A stretch of DNA of 64,000 nt. Source: an uncultured Alphaproteobacteria bacterium. Its GTDB lineage: Bacteria; Pseudomonadota; Alphaproteobacteria; ATCC43930; CGMCC-115725. Of this stretch, positions 57,761 through 64,000 are shown piece after piece. Where the stretch lies: NCBI GenBank assembly GCA_963703855.1, contig CAVPFW010000023.1:42961-106960 (forward strand), given 5' to 3'. Positions within the stretch are counted from its first letter, which is position 1; each line of letters starts with the position of its first letter. Made by a program: the position numbers and the translations under genes. The notes beneath the pieces were generated by a model. The model was not told where the DNA came from. It was given only the letters and a program-made list of their open reading frames with translations, and searched no databases.

Positions 57761-58729
57761 ATGATCTGCGATGTGCACGCGCACTACACGCCGAAGAATT
57801 TCAGCGAGTTCATGGGTGACCGGTTTGCCTCGCCGGTTCATCTGCCGGTCAAGCGCGGAATGGCGCTTCACCCGTTCTCGGATTCGCCGGAGGACATCGA
57901 GGGCCGGTTCAGGCTGATGGACGAGGCGGGGGTGGAAAAGCAGGTCTTGTCGCCGAACCATCCGCCCTATCTCCCCGACGAGGCGGAATGCGTGACCGCG
58001 GTCAAGATGCTGAACGACGGCTATGCCGAGTTCGCGAGCCGCCACCCTCGCCGCATCAGCTCCTACGTCATGCTGCCGCTGCCGCACATCGACGCGGCGC
58101 TGAAGGAGATGGAGCGCGGCTTCGACCAGCTGGGCTGCGTCGGCGTCAACATGAACATCGTCTGCCTCGGCCGCTCGATCGCCGAAACCGAGTTCGAGCC
58201 GATCTACGCCGAGATGAACCGGCGCGGCGCCGTGCTGTTCGTGCACCCGGCGGGATCGGGGATCTGCTCGCCGTTCATCGTCGATTACAACTACCGGGCG
58301 TCGGTCGGCACCTCGCTCGAGGACGCGACCTTTGTGCTGCACGTCATCGCCAAGCAGATCCCGCACCGCTATCCCAACATAAAATTCATCGTGCCGCATC
58401 TCGGCGGGCCGATCCCGATGCTGCTCAACCGCCTCGACAAGCAAGGCCAAAGCCAGAGCGGCCACCCGAACCTCGCCGAGGCGCCGAGCGTCACCGCCAA
58501 AAAATTCTATTACGACACGGTCTGCTACGGCTCCAAGCCGGCGTTCATCTGCGCCCTCGAAGCCTTTGGCGCCGACCATCTGGTGACCGGCAGCGACTAT
58601 CCGGTGCTGCAGGATTACGAGGCCTATAAGGAGACCTTTGCTTACATCGAGCGGCTGGGACTGCCCAAATCCGACACCGACAAGATCCTCCACCACAATG
58701 CGCAAGCGCTGTTCGGGTTCGACCACTGA
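57761..58729 (+). CDS. Amidohydrolase_2 family metal-dependent hydrolase/decarboxylase (ACMSD-like)
   Basis: MICDVHAHYTPKNF (HxH metal motif), ...VLFVHPAG..., HLGGPIPMLLNRL, and TGSDYPV (terminal Asp). Confidence 0.8.
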   Translation: MICDVHAHYTPKNFSEFMGDRFASPVHLPVKRGMALHPFSDSPEDIEGRFRLMDEAGVEKQVLSPNHPPYLPDEAECVTAVKMLNDGYAEFASRHPRRISSYVMLPLPHIDAALKEMERGFDQLGCVGVNMNIVCLGRSIAETEFEPIYAEMNRRGAVLFVHPAGSGICSPFIVDYNYRASVGTSLEDATFVLHVIAKQIPHRYPNIKFIVPHLGGPIPMLLNRLDKQGQSQSGHPNLAEAPSVTAKKFYYDTVCYGSKPAFICALEAFGADHLVTGSDYPVLQDYEAYKETFAYIERLGLPKSDTDKILHHNAQALFGFDH

Positions 58730-58964
58730 AGCTGACGATGATTTCCCCGCAACAATCAGCGGAGAGGACGCAAGTTCGCCTGTGGGAAAATGGCTTGCCG
58801 AGCAACCTGCCGCATCGGCAAGCGACGCCCTTCACCCGATGCCAGACCTGGGCCGGACCTGGCTCGGTTTCGACCTGAAGGCCGGGCGCGGCTTCGAACC
58901 GGCGGTCTGGTAGAAGCAGCGCAGCTGGCCGCCTTGCGGCGCGGTCCCGCCGTGGAAACCCCGG

Positions 58965-59840
58965 TCAGCCGGCGGCGGCAAGCTTGTCCTGCGTCTTCGT
59001 GTCGAAGTCGCCGGCGTCGTGGCGCTCGTGCAGCTGGCTCGAGAGCTCGCCGGAGAGGCGGTTGACCATGCGCCCGCGCGTTACGGCCGGCCGCTCGAGG
59101 AGGGCGTCGGCCCAGCGCTGGACGTTCTTGTAGTCCTGCACCGCCAGGAACTCGGCCGCCCCGTAGAGCCAGCCCTTCGCCAGCCCGCCGTACCACGGGA
59201 AGATCGCCATGTCGGCGATCGTATAGGCGCCGCCCGCGACATATTCGTTCTCGGCGAGGCGGCGGTCGAGGACATCGAGGAGGCGCTTCGCCTCCATCGC
59301 GAACCGATCGATGGCATATTCGATCTTGGTCGGGGCATAGGCGTAGAAGTGGCCGAATCCTCCGCCCAGGTAAGGCGCGCTCCCCATCTGCCAGAACAGC
59401 CACGACAGGCATTCGGCGCGCGCCCCGGCCTCAGTCGGCAGGAACGCCCCGAACTTCTCGGCCAGGTACATCAGGATCGCGGCGGTTTCGAAGACCCGGA
59501 TCGGCTTGGGGCCGCTGCGGTCCATCAGCGCCGGGATCTTGGAGTTCGGGTTCACCGCCACAAAGCCGCTGCCGAACTGATCGCCGTCGCCGATCCGGAT
59601 CAGCCAGGCATCGTACTCCGCGCCCTTGTGGCCGAGGGCCAGGAGCTCTTCGAGCATGATCGTGACCTTCACGCCATTCGGCGTGCCCAGCGAGTACAGC
59701 TGCAGCGGGTGGCGGCCGACCGGCAGCTCCTTCACGTGCGTGGGACCCGAGATCGGGCGGTTGATGTTGGCGAACCTGCCGCCGCTCGGCTTGTTCCAAG
59801 TCCAGACCTTGGGCGGCGTGTAATCGGGGGTGTCGGTCAT
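58965..59840 (-). CDS. yghU: Nu-class glutathione S-transferase / GSH-dependent disulfide reductase
   Basis: YTPPKVWTWNKPSGGRFANINRPISGPTHVKELPVGRHPLQLYSLGTPNGVKVTIMLEELLALG...AEYDAWLIRIGDGDQFGSGFVAVNPNSKIPAL is near-colinear with my recollection of E. coli YghU. Confidence 0.85.
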   Translation of the reverse strand: MTDTPDYTPPKVWTWNKPSGGRFANINRPISGPTHVKELPVGRHPLQLYSLGTPNGVKVTIMLEELLALGHKGAEYDAWLIRIGDGDQFGSGFVAVNPNSKIPALMDRSGPKPIRVFETAAILMYLAEKFGAFLPTEAGARAECLSWLFWQMGSAPYLGGGFGHFYAYAPTKIEYAIDRFAMEAKRLLDVLDRRLAENEYVAGGAYTIADMAIFPWYGGLAKGWLYGAAEFLAVQDYKNVQRWADALLERPAVTRGRMVNRLSGELSSQLHERHDAGDFDTKTQDKLAAAG

Positions 59841-60030
59841 TCCTGAAGCTCCCAGGCATCTGACGGGCGCACGCTGACGCAGCGTGCAATCGGCTCATCT
59901 TACACGATAGTTCGGTCGTCAGGCACGCGCCCGCACGCCTGATCGGCCAAAAGCGCCCGGTGAAGCCGAAGGACCGCTCCATCAAGGCCGATTCCGAAGG
60001 CCTGCGGAAAGCCCTTGCCGCCGCATAGAG

Positions 60031-60750
60031 TCATTGGCGGCGATACGGGTAGCGCAGCCGGCAATAGCGTAGATTTGGCGGATGATCGCGATGGCGCCGC
60101 GGCCGGATCTGCAGGGAAAGCCCGTTCCACGCCGCGCAATTGTCGCGGCCGACCTCGCGGCTCTCCTGGACGCACAGGACGTCCTCGACGGGCCGGCCGG
60201 CATAGGCGATGAAGGCCGACCCCTCCGCGGCGGCCGGCACCGCGAAGCGGGCATTGTAGTCGGGCACGAACTGTTGCTTGAGGTAGCGGTTCGGCGGCCT
60301 CGAGCGCCGCGTGGCGATCGCGGCGAGCCGCAGAGAATTGGCCTCTGGGAACAGCCAGGACTCGGCCCTCTTCGGCCGAGGCCGGAGACGACATCAGCCG
60401 TCCTCGTGCCAGGAGGGCCGATTGTAATTGCGCCGCTGCTGCAGCTGCTCGTGAAAATGCTTCACCGTGAAGTCGCGGTAGCGCTCCTGATAGAGGATCT
60501 GCATGCGGGTCAGCTCCGCCACCGGCGCCCGCCGCGGCGAGACCGTGCCGAGCCGGCGATCGCGCAGCCCCGCAGCCCCGTCCTCCTCATAGCGCAGCAG
60601 CAGTCGGCGGAAATGCCGCCCCGACATGCCCAGCACCTCGCCCGCCTCCTCGGCCGTCAGCCGCCGCTTGCGATAACGTTCCAGCGCCTCTTCGAATCTC
60701 AGCACGAAGACCTCCCATAACGCGCTTGCCCGCCGCATCGCCTCCTCCAT
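60031..60750 (-). mobile_element. Remnants of an ISNCY-family transposase gene (N-terminal HTH part and C-terminal part; catalytic core missing, frames broken)
   Basis: The N-terminal piece (60394-60750) reads ...FEEALERYRKRRLTAEEAGEVLGMSGRHFRRLLLRYEEDGAAGLRDRRLGTVSPRRAPVAELTRMQILYQERYRDFTVKHFHEQL. The C-terminal piece (about 60031-60340, other frame) reads ...NRYLKQQFVPDYNARFAVPAAAEGSAFIAYAGRPVEDVLCVQESREVGRDNCAAWNGLSLQI. Only about 50 nt separate the two pieces, where about 200 codons of DDE core are expected. Confidence 0.55.
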
Positions 60751-60784
60751 GGGATGGCTCGCCGCGCAAAACAAATCGAGCTGA

Positions 60785-61099
60785 CCGGGAGAGCTTTCGC
60801 GCCGAAAGTGTACGTACAATGGCGTCGGTTGGCTGCCGAGAAGGGCCGACTCCTTCGCAAGAGAGATGGCGCGGTTCTATGGCATCGGCTCTCTCGACGT
60901 GGCGCGCGCCTACCTGGCCCACCCCCTGCTGGGACCACGGCCCAACCTCTGCACCAGGACGACACTCGACATCGAGGGCGCATCGCTCCATGCGATTTTA
61001 GGCTCGCCCGACGATATGAAGTTCTGGTCATGCGCGACGCTGTTCTCGCTCGCGTGCTGCGCGGCGATCAGGATGCGAGGCGCGCGTCGATCTGGGTGA
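60785..61099 (+). pseudogene. Degenerate DUF1810-family gene fragment
   Basis: ...LPRRADSFAREMARFYGIGSLDVARAYLAHPLLGPRPNLCTRTTLDIEGASLHAILGSPDDMKFWSCATLF matches the central blocks of DUF1810 (Y.I.SL.EA.AYL.HP.LG.RL...G.S...I.G.PD..K..SS.TLF). The N-terminus (including the HWMWF block) is missing or garbled. Confidence 0.4.
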
Positions 61100-61149
61100 G
61101 AGAAATCCGGTGGAGACTCCCAAAGTTGGGGTCGGGGGTCGCTCTCGGG

Positions 61150-61199
61150 AAGCTCCCCTCGGCGGGAGACCGAGGGTTCGAATCCCGCTCTCTCCGCCA
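61150..61199 (+). other. tRNA-Ser-like 3' fragment (variable arm, T arm, acceptor 3' strand, CCA); not an intact tRNA
   Basis: GCTCCCCTCGGCGGGAGACCGAGGGTTCGAATCCCGCTCTCTCCGCCA contains a GGTTCGAATCC T-loop. The T-stem has one mismatch (GAGGG/CCCGC). The ending TCTCTCC-G-CCA resembles Ser-tRNA 3' ends. The 55 nt upstream cannot be folded into D and anticodon arms. Confidence 0.4.
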
Positions 61200-61451
61200 C
61201 TTACTAGTTCGTCTTACCACTGAATAAGACCCGATATGCCTTTGCCGCGGGCGGGACGCGCATTGGGACCTTTAGGACCTGCGGTATGTCCACTGTAGGT
61301 CAGTATCGCCTTTCGGTAGGCGAGCGAAGGGCGAGCTTGCGCTAACAGCTGCCGCTGTTGGCGCCCGGCGGCCAAACGGGGTCGGTCAGCACCGGCGCGG
61401 GCGCAAGCGAATTCCGGACACATAAGAGAGCGCCCGAATCCACGCCGTAAA

Positions 61452-62744
61452 CTATGCAGCTGTCCGGTGAACCGGCTCGATGCCGAGTTGATTGACCGCG
61501 TTCTGCCCCATCATTCGGGCAATCAGCGTCTCGGGCACCTTGGCGTTGCGCAACTGGGCCAGGGCATCCCAGGCGCTCGTCGCATCGTGATGCGGGTAGC
61601 GCGACCCCCAGACGACTTTCGCGGCAAAATCATATGGCAATTTCTGGATCAGCCTCTCCTCGGCATCAAAGCCGAGCATGACATTGCCGTGTTCCCACAT
61701 CTCTTCGGGCTCGGTGCTGACCGGATAATGATGCAAGAGCGGGATCACCCGGGTCGAGGCCTCCATTTTTTCGAGGACTTCCTGCATCCACGAGGCCTTG
61801 CCATGGGCGACGACGACCTTCATCGCGGGATAGCGTTCCATGACCGTAAAGCCGATCAGGGTCGAGGCCACGAACATATGATTGTCGAGCCAAGGGGCCA
61901 GGATCGGCGCCAGCGGATGGCCAAGCGGCGTGGCGCCGGCAAAGGTGGTGGTCCCGGGCGCGCCGCTGCTGCCGCCGGCAAACGGCCCACCGCCCCCGCC
62001 GGGGAGCGCCGGCTGCACCAGCCGATCCTTGATCTTCTCGAAGAATGGGCCGTGCGATGTCCATTCCGGGTTCCACAGCCCCGGCGTCGAGTGCACTGCC
62101 GCGGTGATCCCAAGCCGTTCCAGTTCCGCCCACAGCGGGTCGTAGTAGGGATGGTTCAAATAGCGGCCTTCGAGGAACATCGGCCGGATGAAGACGGCGC
62201 GGAACGACGGCATCGACGCGACCCGCTGCAGTTCCTCCAGCGCGAAGTCCATGTTCTGCAATGGCAATATGGCAGCGGCGAAGAGGCGCCTTGGCGCCGC
62301 ATTGCAGAAATCGGCGATCCAGTCGTTGTAGGCGCGGGCCAGCGCGAAGGCCACATCCGGGTCGCGCACGAGGAAAAAACCTTCGGCGAACCAGGTCGGG
62401 TATAGGAGCGTCTGGTCGACGCCCATCGCGTCCATGTCGGCGAGCCGGGCCTGCGGGTCCCACGCGCCTTCGTTCATCGGATGTCGGATGTGCGGGTCCA
62501 ACTCTCCGATCGCATCCCAAGTCATGCCGGGCCGCCAAAGCGCATGGCGCGGCAGGTTGGGGTTGGTCGTGTCGCGGAAGATCTCGCCGTTGACCTTCAG
62601 ATACGAGCCGGTCCGGCCTTCCTGGCGCCACAGCCCGTGCTGGCCGAGCGCCCGGTATTCCGGCTCAAGATATTTCTCCCACAGCGCGGGCGGCTCGACC
62701 ACGTGCGAATCGCCGTCGAACACCGCAAAGTCTTTCGTCGTCAT
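61452..62744 (-). CDS. Amidohydrolase family protein (430 aa)
   Basis: ATG at 62744 follows GGCAGGAGAGAG. MTTKDFAVFDGDSHVVEPPALWEKYLEPEY..., ...AVFIRP..., AAVHSTPG, VVAHGKASW, and WGSRYPHHD (metal ligands of the amidohydrolase_2 type). An unusual Gly-rich insert PGGGGGPFAGGSSGAPG is present. Confidence 0.8.
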   Translation of the reverse strand: MTTKDFAVFDGDSHVVEPPALWEKYLEPEYRALGQHGLWRQEGRTGSYLKVNGEIFRDTTNPNLPRHALWRPGMTWDAIGELDPHIRHPMNEGAWDPQARLADMDAMGVDQTLLYPTWFAEGFFLVRDPDVAFALARAYNDWIADFCNAAPRRLFAAAILPLQNMDFALEELQRVASMPSFRAVFIRPMFLEGRYLNHPYYDPLWAELERLGITAAVHSTPGLWNPEWTSHGPFFEKIKDRLVQPALPGGGGGPFAGGSSGAPGTTTFAGATPLGHPLAPILAPWLDNHMFVASTLIGFTVMERYPAMKVVVAHGKASWMQEVLEKMEASTRVIPLLHHYPVSTEPEEMWEHGNVMLGFDAEERLIQKLPYDFAAKVVWGSRYPHHDATSAWDALAQLRNAKVPETLIARMMGQNAVNQLGIEPVHRTAA

Positions 62745-63083
62745 CCGCTCTCTCCTGCCGCGTCGTTCCGACCCGAGACGCCAATGGAAGAAATCAGACC
62801 CTTGGTACTCTGATGGTATCGCACCGCCATCAGAGGAATGCATACTTCCGACCCTAAGCTGCCGCTCGCTTTATCCCACAACAATGGCCGGTCATGCCCC
62901 CCATTGCGGTCAATGTATCGCATGGCCAGTCGCGGCGCCCCACTAAGGGGAAAGCCCTTTGGAGACGCCGCCCTCGTTGTAAACGCGAAGCGATCCGCTG
63001 GCCAACTTCGATAGCCATATATCAGCCGGAATTCATTATTCGGATGTCGGGCCTACGACACCGCGTATCACTGAGCTTCAGCT

Positions 63084-64000
63084 CTATCGAACGTTTCTCA
63101 CAATGTTGGGCGGGACGTAGGTGTTGTCCTTGACCGATCCCTCCGGACCGTAGACGCGAAGCATTATGTTGAACGCGCCGGCCGGTATCGGCAGCCAATT
63201 GGCCATCGGCACGCCCGCTGGGAGTTGCTGGGCCATGTAAACCGAGAGCGAACCGTCGTTGTTGTATTGCAAGTGTGGTGTGTACCTGGCAACCGCGTAT
63301 TTATGAGCAGGGTTAGGAACGAGTTCTATCGCCTCCGGGGTATAAGCGGTCAGAGACCAGAAGCGCGTTGCCTTGGGCTGCTTCCCTGGCGGAAACGTCA
63401 AGACATAGCCCCGCGGGTTGCTCCCGTTCAGCGGCCGGCCCTTGGCATCCTTGAATACGTGATAATATGCCGCCCCCTCGATGCCGTTGGCGTATTGGAT
63501 GAATTCGGTGATCGACGATCGTTCGACGACCTGATCGCCCCAATCACCGATATTGGTGAAATCAATATCCAGTTTCTCGGGTGAGTCTCCCAGTTCGTAT
63601 GCGTAAGATAGCTGTCCAAGATGAACTTGTGGGCCGCCTGAGCGCCGGCACTGAACTCGGTCCCTGTTCGCATTCTGGTTGGCGAACAAGCTGTCGAACC
63701 GGTTTGATAGCGCCTCTTCGTAGGGAGACAAGGTCGGAGTATCGTCGGATGCCACTGCCCTTTGCAGCTGCCTGAGAAATGCGATGGGGTCATGGGCGAT
63801 CAGGTCGTCGGCCGTCGTCTTGAAGGGCACGGAAAGAGGATCTCTGGCACGATCTTAGCCGCGCGCCACGGAGGTCATGAGCGACCTGCGGAACGCGTCG
63901 GCTTCTTTGATCTGGTTCTCGTTAGTCGGGGAGAATTTGTCTGCCCTGAAGATAAAAGCCGGAAAGTCGAGAGGCAACATGATGCAAGTGACGCGTCTGC
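63084..64000 (-). pseudogene. DUF1214 (probably DUF1254+DUF1214) family protein; in-frame TAA at 63855-63857; 5' end beyond the window
   Basis: The C-terminal 248 codons read ...GAAYYHVFKDAKGRPLNGSNPRGYVLTFPPGKQPKATRFWSLTAYTPEAIELVPNPAHKYAVARYTPHLQYNNDGSLSVYMAQQLPAGVPMANWLPIPAGAFNIMLRVYGP, which is the DUF1214 signature. The same frame stays protein-like upstream of the TAA (MLPLDFPAFIFRADKFSPTNENQIKEADAFRRSLMTSVARG*DRARDPLSVPF...). Alternatively, this is an intact 248-aa protein starting at GTG 63830. Confidence 0.5.

Noticed and set aside
58730-58964. A small ORF tail (track ORF 58638..58913) after the amidohydrolase gene, as a separate gene.
   Set aside because: It starts inside the preceding gene in another frame. 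It has no RBS or recognisable motif, and its composition is not clearly coding.
61095-61199. A possible complete tRNA (Ser or Sec, given the neighbouring formate dehydrogenase theme) ending in ...TCTCTCCGCCA.
   Set aside because: Only the 3' ~50 nt look tRNA-like. The upstream 55 nt give no D arm or anticodon stem-loop. A candidate 5' acceptor strand (GGTGAGA) has a mismatch, and the total length (105 nt) is too long. No UCA anticodon loop is present. FdsA has Cys, not an in-frame TGA, at the active site, so no Sec machinery is implied. I kept it only as a fragment.

Overview
GC-rich chromosomal segment (roughly two-thirds G+C by eye). Gene content and REP-type intergenic palindromes fit a Hyphomicrobiales/Rhizobiales-like alphaproteobacterium, but this is inference only. 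About 55 protein-coding genes are supportable. Most long ORFs in the track that lie opposite these genes are Arg/Pro/Gly/Ala-rich shadow ORFs.

Modules from left to right:
- ctaA (partial), a frameshifted PEP-CTERM protein gene, an isolated cobM and ltaE.
- A five-gene arsenic operon arsR-arsI-arsM-arsC-acr3 (5.9-9.3 kb).
- A minus-strand run of gloB, alpha/beta hydrolase, a small ORF, a ybdK-type ligase and Rieske dioxygenase alpha+beta (9.3-14.4 kb).
- An SDR plus a frameshifted LTA-synthase/sulfatase-like gene, then ggt and phaZ.
- A cysteine-hydrolase + NCS2 permease pair, a family III CoA-transferase and an orphan CoxL-like molybdopterin subunit.
- A decayed antitoxin locus, then gltBD (31.2-37.5 kb).
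- An unusual cluster of a large secreted protein, two tandem TPR-sulfotransferases and a PEP-CTERM protein (38.0-44.5 kb).
- A PurM-paralogue/TauD pair.
- An oxalate/formate block gntR-frc-fdh (48.8-56.2 kb). Here the fused NuoE/NuoF-like FDH subunit gene is broken by five frameshifts, and two extra genes sit inside the operon.
- Small enzymes flanked by REPs, then yghU.
- A junkyard of ISNCY-transposase, DUF1810 and tRNA-Ser fragments (59.9-61.2 kb), followed by visibly more A/T-rich DNA.

I found no rRNA, intact tRNA, CRISPR array or intact mobile element. All family assignments come from recognising motifs by eye in the translations, not from database searches. Start codons were chosen by RBS and homology logic and may be off by a few codons.
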